Positions 25,746 to 38,380 of a stretch of DNA of 64,000 nucleotides are shown one piece after another. Both the position numbers and the translations under genes were made by a program. Each line of letters starts with the position of its first letter. Position 1 is the first letter of the stretch. The notes beneath the pieces are model-generated. The model saw nothing but the letters and a program-made list of their open reading frames with translations, was not told the DNA's origin and ran no database searches. Location of the stretch: assembly GCF_009914755.1 (NCBI RefSeq), contig NC_060925.1; one strand, 5' to 3'. This stretch comes from the human T2T-CHM13v2.0 reference genome, Homo sapiens.

Positions 25746-25780
25746 ACTTCTGCTCCAGCATCATTGGCAGAACTGGGCCA

Positions 25781-26639
<859 letters not shown>

Positions 26640-27099
26640 GCCACATGACCACATCTTGTTGCAGGGGATGCTGGGAAATTGTAGTATTAGTAATTGTTCT
26701 GGGCAGTCATATAAACACTTGAACCAAAGGTTCTATTAGCAAAAGAAATGTAGAAGAATGTGTTGGGAGGTGACTGGTGGACTCTGCGCAGTGCCAAATA
26801 TGCATTGGAGGAATGCTTCTGTGGACTGGGGTGGGCTGGCAGTGGGAGGGAGGAGATGGGTTCATTCTGACATCTCCATCTTCCCGCCCCCTCAGAGACT
26901 CTTTTGTGCTTTCTTGATCTTGACACTCATGTGTCGTTCTTTGCTTGCCTTAATTTGGATTTCCCAAACTGCCCTCTAAGCACATTGCAGCTCTGGGATT
27001 CCCCGAGCTGGTGAGACTACCAGAAAGCAAGTTAACGAAGGTGGCACATTCCCCCAATGCAGCCTTATCCGTTTCCAGTGACCACTGTTGAAACTCATG

Positions 27100-27600
27100 G
27101 TGCATTCATGAATTCGCCCATCTTTACTGGGTACCCGCTCTGTGCTGACACTGTGCCAAGCGCTGGGGATACAACAGTGAGTAAAAACAGATGTGATTCT
27201 TTCCTCCCAAAGACTAGACTACAATGGAAGAGAGGCATTCTACCACAAAAAATTCATACAAACATATGTGAAACTGCATCTTAGTGCAGAGGTGGTAGGG
27301 AGGTTTGAGAAGGCTTCACCAAAAAGGTGATATTTAAGTTGATTACTGAAAGATAAACAGGAGTTTTCCAGGTGAAAAGGGAGAGGGGAGAGCGATCCAG
27401 GTGTAGGGAACTGTGTGTACAAAGGCCCTGGGGTGGGAGGTCAGCATGATCAGGAGGCACCTGTGGGTGGATAGGATGACAGGTGAGCAGTGGAGTAAGG
27501 TGAGCCTGGGGCAGAGGCTGTGACCAGGATGGGAAGGGCCTTGTAGGCCAGGCTGAAAGTTCCACATCTCCAGTAAGGGCCCAGGATTATATTAAGAGAT
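27100..27600 (-). mobile_element. L2 fragment
   Basis: tttactgggtacccgctctgtgctgacactgtgccaagcgctggggatacaacagtgag...aaaggccctggggtgggag. Confidence 0.7.
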
Positions 27601-28744
27601 CTGAGTAGGGAAGCTTGGTTTCCACAGTCAGACAGGTCTCCTTGGATTCTCCTCCAAATGTAGACAGAGCCAAGACCCCCATTGAAAAGATGCCTGTGTC
27701 CCATGTGGCTTTGGCTTCTGGGCCATCTTTTCTCTGAATGCTTGACTTAGGGAGGCTGTGGCAGATTCAGAGCATCCTGTGGGGTATGGAGAAGAAACCA
27801 GAGCAGGGCAGGAGTTGCATTAGAGATTTCACATCTACCCCTCTGCATGGAGACCTGGAACACCTATGGGCTTCACTGTCAAAGGCTTGCTATGGGCACC
27901 TACTGAATACTTTCAGGAGATGGAACACAGTCCCCATTAGCCCTTGCTGACCTCACTCTTGTCTAAGAACCAAATGTAAAACCTTCTCTGGATTAAACTT
28001 AGCCCTCTGAACCTTGACTTCAAAAATAAGAAAGATCAATTCTTTGAGGACATAGAGTCAGAAGTGTTTTCTCCATTGGGCATCTGCTGCTCCCCACCCC
28101 TTCCAGCTTCTGGGTAAGTCTCGGGGGAAGGGTTCTTCCAGGGCAGAACAAAACACTCAGCACCCCTCACTTTCTCCCTCACATTCTTTAGTGGGGCAGA
28201 GGGAAGTTGCAGCTGGTTGAGGGGCTGCACATAACCTCAGTCCACCTCATCTGTACCATGACCTAGTTTATAGGTCCAGGGGTGAAATGAACACTGCAAC
28301 CCACCATGCTTGGCTGGAAAGATCAGCAGAGGTAGGGACCAGGACCCTAGACTGGGACACTATAGATCAAAAGCTTTATCTGCTGAGCAGGGTGTCAGAA
28401 CAGCCAGGAGCTGGTGGCTGAGGCCACTGGGGTTGGCAGCTGAACCAAGGGTCAGAGTAATGGACCCAATGGAGCAACAGCAAGAGAGGAGAGGACCCAG
28501 ATGGAGCAGCTGGGAGCTTCTAAGAACCCTGTTCAGGTCCACAGCTCATAGGCAAGGCACAGAGAAATTAAGTAACTTACTGAAGGTCACACAGTTAGTA
28601 AGCCCCAGGGACAGGATTCAAATGCATACTTCCCTGGAAGCAGAAGTGGGCTCCTACTCTACACCCTCCACCCACTTGGAGCCCAGGGAGCAAACAGCCT
28701 GTTTCCGACATTGCAAGTCCTCTCCTCTGCACTAGCTGTCCCAG

Positions 28745-29217
28745 TGAGGTAGGAGGCAGAACTACATTCCAGAGGAGGGGCCTGGACACTGGAGCAAATT
28801 GATGACTAGCTAAAACAGGGCCATGATGGAAGCAGCTTTCCATCAGACACGCCCATCAGTGTGCCATGTCAATTTACCATTGCCATGGCAACATCCAGGA
28901 GTTACCGCCTGTTTCCATGGCAATGATACAATGACCCAAAAGTTACTACCCCTTTCCTAGAAATTTCTGCATAAACCATCCCTTAATCTGCATGCAGTTA
29001 AAAGTGGGCATAAATATGACTGCAAAGCTGCCCTGAGCTGCTACTCTTCGCCTACAGGGTAGCTCTGCTCTGCAGGAGCAGTCACTGGAGTTGTGACACT
29101 GCCTCTTCAATAAAGCTGTTTTCTTCTATCCCTGGCTTGCCTTTGAATTCTTTCCTGGGCAAAGCCAAGAACACTTGCAGGCTAAGCCCCACGTTGGGGC
29201 TCACCTGCCCTGCATCA
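28745..29217 (+). mobile_element. 5' LTR (MER66-like)
   Basis: TGAGGTAGGAGG...CCCTGCATCA; AATAAA at ~29109. Confidence 0.85.
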
Positions 29218-29220
29218 GCT

Positions 29221-29238
29221 TGGTGCCCAGTGTGGAGC
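29221..29238 (+). other. Primer-binding site (degenerate; tRNA-Lys(CUU)- or Met-like)
   Basis: TGGTGCCCAGTGTGGAGC 3 nt after the 5' LTR. Confidence 0.65.
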
Positions 29239-30166
29239 AAAGGAAGAAGATGGCATGAGAGATGGCAAGGCGGTCGGTGAGGCAGCAGCCAGCAGGATGA
29301 TGAACCGAGAGGTGGTGAAGCAGAGCTGCAGCACCTGAGCGCCAACATTAGCCAAAGCTCTTTTCACAGCCACCATTTTCCCTGGTAGGCAGCAGAGCCG
29401 AGCAGATGGGTAAGTGGCCATAGTGCCAAGGCCTTGCTTGACACCCGTCACTCCGCCCAGCTGGCTGGTGAGTTACCAACCCCGTGCAGGCCCCTCCCAT
29501 CGGCAGCAGCTGAGCCCACCCATGCTGAGGGATTCTGGAGAGATTTTCACCCGGGTCGCACATGGGAGATCAGTTGGCAACATTTCTGCTCTGGTGGCTG
29601 CGTGAATGTCCCTTCTGCCCCCACTCCCATCGTATCGGGAGAACTAGGGAATAAAATAAAAGCCTTTGGCTAGGTGATTGGTTAGAAGTCCCTCACTGTT
29701 TGAGAGTCTCAAAGCACACCCCTGTCACCCCTTTCCCCAGCCCTTTTCTCTCCTGACTCCATTGTACTGTTCCACCAGTCATTTTATTTTCAGTCCTTAA
29801 ACATGTGCAATATTATGTTTGCTTTTAATTTTCTGCTAATTGTGTGTGGGCAGTTGTTTAAGGCAGGCCACATGGTTGTGAGAGGTCCCCTGTTGTGTTG
29901 ACTCTGGGGCACCAGAGTCATGTTGTTATGTGACCCCAACGTGGTCTTGGGTTCACTGCTAGCTGCCTCCTGGGTGCCCCAGGATTTTCAGCCTTGGTGA
30001 GGGGACCCTCGTTGGCTGAAACTCAAACATTCCAAGTTTTCAGCATTGGTATTCTGGCCACCCCTGGATGCTCTGGGGTCTTTAGCATTGACAATCCCTC
30101 TAGGATTATGGGTGAGACCCTCCCTTTAGGGTCTTTCCTTTTTCTGCCCTAAGGTTAGAAATAGTA

Positions 30167-30245
30167 TTAGGTTGGTGCAAAAGTAATTGCGGGTTTTGCC
30201 ATTACTTTCAATGGCAAAAACTGCAATTATTTTTGTACTAACCTA
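30167..30245. mobile_element. MADE1 (Hsmar1 mariner MITE) in proviral leader
   Basis: ttaggttggtgcaaaagtaattgcgg...aattatttttgtactaaccta, ~80-bp palindrome, TA TSD. Confidence 0.92.
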
Positions 30246-30729
30246 TATTTTCATAGTAGCCAGTTGTTAGCCCCTTCCTGTGTGCTGTCTTACAACTGCC
30301 TTTCACAAGCCCCTCTTGGCCAAAATAACTGGGAGTTCCCAGGCCCCCGGCCTGATGGACAGCCCCCCCATGGCAGTAGACAAGTGGCCACCCAAATATT
30401 TTTTTCGATGTTTCCACTACCGGGTAGGTTCTCCAACAGGTCAGGGCCTCTGAGGTCTCCCTTTGGGCAATGCTCTTTAACCCTTCTCTTCCTCCCTTCC
30501 GCAGTCAGTATTCGTTTAGTCCATCTCTCTGTCCAACCCTCACTTTCTGTGAAATTTAGGCTCAACATCCAACTGCCCATTTGTAGCTCATAATCTGCTT
30601 TGGTAACACCTTGCTCTCTATATTTTGTAGATAGTGGAAAATTAAAAGCGAAAAGTGCCTAGGCACTTAGTTAGCTTAGTTAGCTAAGCTTAGGCTAACT
30701 GAAATCCCCTGTAGAGATCCTTATTAGAA

Positions 30730-32430
30730 ATGAGGACCACAGCAAGCATCCCAAAAGACTCACCATGGGGGTGACTTTTAGATAATTGGAATAAGTTCAA
30801 ATTATTAGACAAGTGGAAAAAGAAAAGAAAATCTCATTTACTATTTCAATAATGTTTGAGTTCAATACAAATTGGCAAACCAACAGATTTGGCCTAAACA
30901 TGATTCTTTACATTATAATGATATGGTACAATTAGACTTGTTTTGTAAAAAGGAAAGAAAACGGGAAGAAGTTCCCTACATGCAGGCTTTTGTGGCCCTC
31001 TACCAGGATCCTAACTTAGGGGCTAGCTGTACAGTCTAGCTCGTGATACTCCCAGGCACCCAGAAGCCACACCTGATATCCTGGATGACCCCCTCCTAGC
31101 TGCTCCTCTTAGGAGGCCCAGAGGCGCCCACTAGGAGACCTGTGTCCCCTCCTTTGGAGTCTTCTCAGTCCCCTTGTTCTGAGGTGGGCCCTACCAGTTC
31201 TCCAGTGCAGGATTTCACCTCAAGGTCATCAGGCACCCCTCCTCCTTATCCAACAAGCCCTGGCCCACATCCCCCACTGCCTGAGGAAGTAAGCCCAACC
31301 AGTACCACCAGGAGTCAGACCCCATATCAGACCCCCAAATCAAACCTGTGTCCATAGGGGGAGGTAGCTGACAGGCATGGAGGAACAATCAGAGCATATG
31401 TGCCTTTTCCATGTCTGATTTGGCTTTATGCAAGGAGAAATTTGGTCTATTTTTGGAGGATCCAAGGAAGTTTGTAGAGGAGTTTGTTAAGTTGACTATG
31501 TCTTTTGATTTCCTTTGGCATGACATGCAGATATTATTATCCACTTGTATTAGAGAGGCAAAACACAAATTCTAGGTACTGCTCGGGAACATGCAGATGG
31601 GGTGGCTGCATGTAAGCCAGGCCATGCCATTTATCGTGTGGGAGGAGATGCAGTTCTGGACCCTCAGTCGAATGACCAGAGAGGATCTCAAGATCTTGAA
31701 TGCAGAAATCATATGCTAACTTGTTTCATAGACAGCATGAAACAGTATGTGATTAAGCCAGTTAAAGTGAGAAAAATAACTCAGGAGGAAGATGAAAATC
31801 TCATTCTAATTCAGGGTTGTTTAGTTGAGGCACTCAGGAAGTAATCTAATACAGACCCCGACCTCCCGGAAGGGAAAGTTCTCCTAGGTGTGCATTTTAT
31901 TACTCAGTCTGCCCCTGACATTAGGAGAAAGTTACAAAAAGTAGCAATGGGACCTCTCAGGAAGCACCTCTTTTGTCTTCATTGGGTGTAGAGGCCACTC
32001 TAAGGCCTGACCAGACCCCGTGCTGTCACTGTCAATCCTGTTTGCTCTCCCAATTACAATCATCCAGTGTGGGTGGAAATATAACTCTATAGTAAATATT
32101 TCAACAATTATAGCATCGAGGAATCATCTTCATGGTTGCTGGATTTGTCATTAACATCCCCAGGATAGAGAGTTCTATCTTCTGGCTAAGACATTGCTTT
32201 TGGGATTTACAGTAATAGGGACAGGGCAGAACAAGAGGCAAAAACCAAAAGAATTGGCCAGAAAACAATTGTTAGCTGCTAAATTAGGGCCCCAGCTGCC
32301 TCAGGGTTACCCACCTCAAGGAAATGTGCTGAGATTGGCATCTGGGGTGCTCAGTTGACAGTACCCCACTCAAGAGCCTCCAGGCCAAAATCAGTGTGCC
32401 GTTTGTAAGTAAGAAGGCCACTGGAAGAAA
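30730..32430 (+). pseudogene. gag: ERV gag remnant (MA, CA with MHR, NC zinc knuckle), multiple stops and frameshifts
   Basis: QLDLFCKKERKREEVPYMQAF; ITQSAPDIRRKLQK; CAVCK*EGHW at 32395-32424. Confidence 0.85.
31952..32187 (+). repeat. Ectopic copy of the env 5' region inside gag
   Basis: Direct repeat of 33408-33639, ~90% identical by eye. Confidence 0.92.
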
Positions 32431-33331
32431 TTAAAAAGGACATCCCACAAAGGAAATCGTTAGCTCCCCCTATTCCATCAGGAGACTTGGCCTTGCTAAA
32501 AACTTGGAAAGAAGGATCCTCTGAAGATTAATTACAACCAAAATGAAAAGGCCCATATTGGGTGTTGTTGAGTACCCCCACTGCTGTTAAACTTCAGGGA
32601 ATAACTATTTGGGTACACTTGTGCAGGATTAAACCTGTTTCTTATGAGTCACAGGCACAAAAGGAGGACACCACGACCTACATCTGTGAGCCTTTGGAGG
32701 ACCTCCGCTGCCTGTTTAAAATAAGTGTAGTGATTCCTCAAGGATCTAGAACTAGAAATACCATTTGACCCAGCAATCCCACTACTGGGTATATACCCAA
32801 AGGATTATAAATCATTCTACTATAAAGACATATGCACACGTATGTTTATTGTGGCACTGTTCACAATAGCAAAGACTTGGAACCAACCCAAATTCCCATC
32901 AATGATAACTGGATAAAGAAAATGTGGCACATATACACCAAGGAATACTATGCAGCCATAAAAAGGATGAGTTCATGTCCTTTGCAGGGACATGGATGAA
33001 GCTGGAAACCATTATTCTCAGCAAACTAACACAAGAACAGAAAATCAAACACCACATGTTCTCACTCATAAGTAGGAATTGAACAATGAGAACACATGGA
33101 CACAGGGAGGGGAACATCACACACTGGGGCCTGTCAGGGGGTTGGGGGGTAGGGGAGGGATAGCATTAGGAGAAATACCTAATGTAGATGACGGGTTGAT
33201 GGGTGCAGCAAACCACCATGACACTTGTATACCTATGTAACAAACCTGCATGTTCTGCACATGTACCCCAGAACTTAAAGTATGTAAAAAAAAAAAAAAG
33301 AATCAAGACCCAGCCAGAGGTGGTAACATGA
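32431..33331 (+). pseudogene. pol: Integrase C-terminal remnant (GPY/F motif), interrupted by L1PA
   Basis: KGPYWVLLSTPTAVKLQGITIWVHLCRIKP...EPLEDLRCLFK; frame resumes after L1 as RIKTQPEVVT* (TGA 33329-33331). Confidence 0.8.
32724..33299 (+). mobile_element. 5'-truncated L1PA (L1PA6-8-like) with poly(A)
   Basis: gattcctcaaggatctagaactagaaataccatttgaccc...agaacttaaagtatgtaaaaaaaa; inserted at TTT/AAAA. Confidence 0.92.
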
Positions 33332-33447
33332 TGCTGTGGGTCAGAATAGGAGCTTTAATTTTTCTTTTCTTCCTGATTGTAATACTTCATTTCTGTCACT
33401 TTAGCCAACCTCTCAGGAAGCGCCTCTTTTGTCCTTGTTGGGTGTAG
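33328..33447 (+). CDS. Putative small hydrophobic ORF between pol and env (MMLWVRIGALIFLFFLIVILHFCHFSQPLRKRLFCPCWV)
   Basis: Open ATG..TAG; ATGATG overlaps the pol TGA; ~19-aa hydrophobic stretch then RKR and CPC; no evidence of expression. Confidence 0.3.
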   Translation: MMLWVRIGALIFLFFLIVILHFCHFSQPLRKRLFCPCWV

Positions 33448-33471
33448 AGGCCACTCTAATTCCTGACAACC

Positions 33472-35032
33472 ATATTGTCACTGTCATTCCTGTTTGCTCT
33501 CCCAATTACCCTGATTCAGTGTGGGTAGAAATATAACTGTATAGTAAATATTTCAACAAGTATAGCATCGAGGAATCATCTTCATGGTTGCTGGATTTGT
33601 CATCAACATACCCAGGATAGAGAGTTCTATCTTCTGGCTTATCTGGAAAATCTCACCACTATTCCCCCAGACCTCCTAAATAACCATAGTGCTCCTGAAA
33701 TACTCCAACCCCTACTAGTTAAGTGGAACTCTACCCCCAATTAACGGCTTCCCACTGAACTCCCCACCGCTATTACCAGGACCTGGGAATTTGGGTCTGT
33801 CAATCTTCAGTGCACTTATGATTCTGTCTTTTGCGCCCACGGTTGTGTTAATGACACTAAAGCAGAAGCTTCCCTGTGATGCTCTGATCCAACTCTACTT
33901 GACAAGTTCCCAAGGCCACAGTGAGGTAAATGGGATTCCACGTGTAAGCAAGGAGAGCATATACGATGCCTTCTCATGGATCAGAACATACAACGGAAAA
34001 ACAACTGCCTAGTCTGGGAAGGTGGGAGTACTCCCCGCTCCGCTCTGGAAAACAAGGATTGTCCAACCACCCTCACTAGAACCAGGGTGTGGCAAGGGGA
34101 GAGAATATCTCTGTAGACCCAACTTGGCAGCAAAGTATAAAATATCACACCCTGTAGAGCCTCTATTTGTGGCCCAACTGGGCTCATTTTTGTTTGTGGC
34201 CATAAACAGGAAAAAATCACACCCCATAACTGCTCCCAACTCCCTAGGGAGTCACTTGTTTTTTAGGGGCAGTTTTCCCTTGTATATCGAAAACTTGGAA
34301 CAGAGATGAATGTACGTTGGCCATTCTTGACCCTCCAGGGGCCACTGTGTCTAATCCCATAAGACCCAAGAATACCAGGAGTAAGTGAGTAGTAGAATTA
34401 ATGCTGGCAGGAATCGGGATAGTGATGGGACTAGCAGCACCCTGGGGTGGCTTTGCTTACCATGAGTCAACCCTAAGGAACTTGATCAAACCCTTAGCCA
34501 CCAACACAGGTCAGGCATTAAAGGGAATTTAAGAGTCTTAAACTCTTTGGCAAATGTAGTTTTCCATAACAGACTGTCGTTGGATTGTTTACTAGCTGAA
34601 CAAGGTAGAGTCTGTGAAGTTATTAATAAAACCTGCTGCACACATATTAACAACTCTAGACAAGCTGGGATTAACATTCAAAACGTCTATGAGCAAGCTA
34701 CCTTGTTACATAGATATAATTAGGGCACAGACCCCAGCTATATCTGGTCAACTATCAAAAGTGCCTTCTGAAGTCTCACCTGGTTTTTACCTCTCCTAGG
34801 ACCTTTAATAGATGTCTTGCTGCTAATCTTTGGCCCTTGATTGTTTAACCTCTTAATAAAGTTTGAGTCTTCTAGATTACAACAGTTTCAGGTAAAGGCA
34901 AAGCTGGCACCAGGCTTCCAACTCATCTCACCTACTAACCCAGAGAATGAAAGCATCCTGCCTCTAGACACCTTAGATCAGGTATCCAGCGATTTTTACT
35001 CCTCCAGTGCTAGGCAGGGCCTATGCCCATAA
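33472..35032 (+). pseudogene. env: Gamma-type env remnant, ERV-V-like
   Basis: Signal peptide, IASRNHLHGCWICH (CWIC 33589-33600), decayed furin site RSK*, APWGGFAYH, SLANVVFHNRLSLDCLLAEQG, CX6CC (34613-34639); start decayed to ATA. Confidence 0.88.
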
Positions 35033-35113
35033 ACTCAGCGGGAAACAGGTGCAGAAAATGGACTTCCACCCTTCTGCAGCCCCCTTAAGATTAAGGAGCA
35101 GGAGAAATGGGAA

Positions 35114-35584
35114 GGAGGCAGGAGATGGGACTCAACTCCAGAGGCAGGGCTCAGACACCAAACCAAACTGAGGACTAGCTAAAGCAGAGCCAGGGTGGAA
35201 GCGGCTTTCAATCAGCTAAGCCCACCTGTGTGCCATGTCAGTTTACCATTGCCATGGTAACACCCGGGAGTTACCGCCCCTTTCCATGTTAATGACATAA
35301 TGACCCAAAAGTTACTACCCCTTCCCTAGATCTTTCTGCATAAACCTCCCCTTAATCTGCATGTCATTAAAAGTGGGTATAAATGTGACTGCAAAACTGC
35401 CCTGAGCTGCTACTCTCTGCCTATGGGGTAGCCCTGCTCTGCAGCAGCAGTCACAGAGCTGTGACACTGCCTCCTTAACAAAGCTGTTCCCTTCTACCTC
35501 TGGCTTGCCCTTGAATTCTTTCCTGGGCAAAGCCAAGAACCCAGCGGGCTAAGCCCCACTTTAGAGCTTGCCTGCCCTGCATCA
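35114..35584 (+). mobile_element. 3' LTR (MER66-like)
   Basis: Colinear with 5' LTR (roughly 80-85% identity by eye), preceded by purine-rich PPT-like tract. Confidence 0.85.
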
Positions 35585-36779
35585 CCAGCACGGCTTTCCC
35601 TTTGAGTCTCCACATGAGGCAAGCCAGTGTTGTTACTGGGGTCGGTGTTAACTGAAGGCTCTTAGGTAATGATTCCACTCCTCCTGTGAGGCTGCTGAGC
35701 TCAGAGCTGGGACCCACAGGGACTGTGGAAATGGAAGAGCTGCTCAGCTCCCAGCCATGGTAGGTGCTTTGGCCCAGGAATGTCTCACCCATGGCGAAGA
35801 TGGAGATATCATGGCCCAGGGTGAGGAAGAGGTAACTGGCTGAGCCTAGAGCCACTTTACAACTGTATCATCTTGGGCAAGTCACTCATTCTCTCGGGTA
35901 ATAATACCTCTCTGTGAGTTTGCTTAGAGGGAAAAGTGAGTGTCCTATGTGAGGGATCTGGCAGACAGCCTGGCACAAAATCGTTCCTCCAGAACTGCAA
36001 GTCTCCTGCCCACTGAATGGCCACCACAGACTTCCACCCTTTGACATACACGTGGACCTGTGGCTCCTAGAGGTGGAAAGGGCAGCCCACATCCTTGAGC
36101 CTCTGATACCTTACATAGGGTCCAGCTTTCAGAAGTGCTTGGTGCACAGTGGTTGCCTAATAATTGCTGGTTGACACAGTCAGGGCTGGGCTGACATACC
36201 CTGGTTTTACCCCTGGCACTTCATTTCCAGAGGGGTAGGAGGAAGGCCAGGGAAGTCTTACCCAGGAACCTCACTCTGGGAAGGAGATGTAGAAAATATT
36301 CTAATTCCAAAGAGTAAATGTCAGTGGCTTGGGAAGGAGTCAGGGTTCTGAAAACAAACACTAGGCATTTGCACCAAAAGGAAGGAGTGAAGGAGAGAGA
36401 GAGGAGGGTGTGGAGGTGGAGGGCTGTGGGGAAGGGCAGAGGGTGTGAGAGCGGGGTCAGGGATGTTCTGCAAGGCACCTTGTCAGGGGACCTTGTGCAG
36501 GGGGTTCAGGCAACCCCTGATCATTCTTGTGGGAGGTGCCCCTGATTAGGGGACCCTGGTGCCACTGAGCAGTATGTGGGGATGAGGAATCATCTTCAAA
36601 TCTCTCATCAAAACTCAATGCTGTGAGCACATAGGACTGCAGATGCTGTCCGTGTGGGTCACAAACACTGCAAAACTGTAGGTCTCCAATCCAGATCCTT
36701 CTTGCAGCTTTGGCCAGGCCCTGGGCCCACTAATGGCTGTTCCTTGAAGTTCTCTCTGGGTCCCCTGCTCTCTATCTTG

Positions 36780-37710
36780 TCTTCTCTTCTCTAAATGTTT
36801 CTAAGTTCATTCAACCAACTCTAAATGACCTGGCTCATTCCTGACTTCTCCAGGTTTCTGCTCAAATGCCACCTTGCCAGTGGGATCTTTTCCCAACCCC
36901 TACATCTAACCTAGCAGCCCCAAATCACTCTCTGTCCCTCTTACCCCATTTCATTTCCCTTCATGCCACTTACCACCTGACATAGTTCCTAATTTTATTT
37001 GGATATTGTTTGTCACCCCTACAGAAAACCCAAAATGTGCATTCACCAGGGCTCAGTTAGCCTTGTTCTCTGCTGTGTTCCCTGGTATGGAGGGCAGGTG
37101 ACAGATTTGGGATATCCACTTCTTACATGATCTAGTTGAAGGGCAGATTTGACCACACCATGTTCTACTAAAAACCATCTCATTCCTGATTGCTCTGGGG
37201 ATAAATGCAGCCAGCCTGGCTATGGCTGCAAGCCCTGGCCCTTCCTACCCTCACCATGCTTCCCCCTGACTCTGTGCTCCAGCCCCTCTGGCTGGTTTCC
37301 ATCTCTGTCCTTGCCCTGATCTGCTTCCCCAGAACCTTTGCACATGTCCCCTCTTGGCCCCAGATGCTCCTTCTCAGCCCTCTGTTAGTCAGAACCTACT
37401 CCTCCTGCAGGTCTTCATCCCATCATGTCATCCCTTGAGGAGCTCTTCCTGACTTTTCGTCTATCTCATCTTCCCACGTCTATGGAGGGAGGTGTCTTAT
37501 GGCTTCACAGAACTCTCCTGAGTATTACGTGTTGTATTGAAACTGCACAAAGGGTAGTGCAACTCTGTAAGGCTTGTTTCCTTTGCTTAGCTGTAGGCAA
37601 CATGAATGCAGGAGCTGAATTTCCTCACTGCCCTATCCCTGTGCTGAGCATGGTGCCTGGCCAACACCTACACATGGAATGAATAACTGAGTGAATGAAT
37701 GAATAATGTC
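36780..37710 (+). mobile_element. L2 fragments
   Basis: ctgctcaaatgccacctt...; ends catggaatgaataactgagtgaatgaatgaat. Confidence 0.6.
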
Positions 37711-38380
37711 CCTACAGCAAGGCCACACACATGCAGCAATGCCTAGGTCAGCACCCAGGGGAAGAAGGGAATGGCAGAGTGGTGTCAAAAGTGGAGCTGG
37801 CTGAGGACAGGGACAATCATGGGGTGACTGCTACCCTCTTCAGCCCAGATGGACAAACCCTATCCCTTCACTCAGGAAAAAGCACCAGGGACTTACCAAT
37901 ACTATTGGCAGAAAGAACCCTGGAAGAGCAGGCAGGAGATGTGACCTCTTTCCTGACACTGCCTCCTCCTCCCAGAAGCCTCCCTTGATCATCCCCACCT
38001 ACAAAGACTTTATCCTTTCCTCCTCTGCATTGTGTCTGCACCTTCTGCACACTTCCCTTCTTATTCATTTCATGGTGGATATTGAAGAATAATTTATATT
38101 AGAACCCTTCTCCCCCCATTAGACTGGGAGCTGCTTTAGGCTAGGGGTTGTGTCTGATTCACTTCTGTGTCCCCAGTCTCTGGTGATGGCTTGGCTCTCA
38201 TGAAGTGTTTCATTAATGGACAGTTCACTCTGGGTAAGTTTCTGCTCTTTTCTCGATCTGTTTCTTTTCCTATAAAATGGAGTGGTAATAACACCCAACA
38301 CCCACCTCAACGGGGGCTGTGGGGAGACAGTACAAAGATAAATGTGATATGCCCAGCTCAGTGCCTGCACTCAAGAGGCA

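Larger units (their letters stand above)
28745..35584 (+). mobile_element. Two-LTR ERV1 provirus, MER66-like / ERV-V-related, pro-RT-RNaseH and most of IN deleted
   Basis: Paired LTRs, perfect 4-bp TSD CCAG (28741-44, 35585-88), PBS, gag, IN C-terminus, env. Confidence 0.92.

Noticed and set aside
30264-30593. 109-aa ORF in proviral leader as a pre-gag gene
   Set aside because: TTG start, directly after a MADE1 insertion, no recognisable homology; cannot be supported without family alignment.
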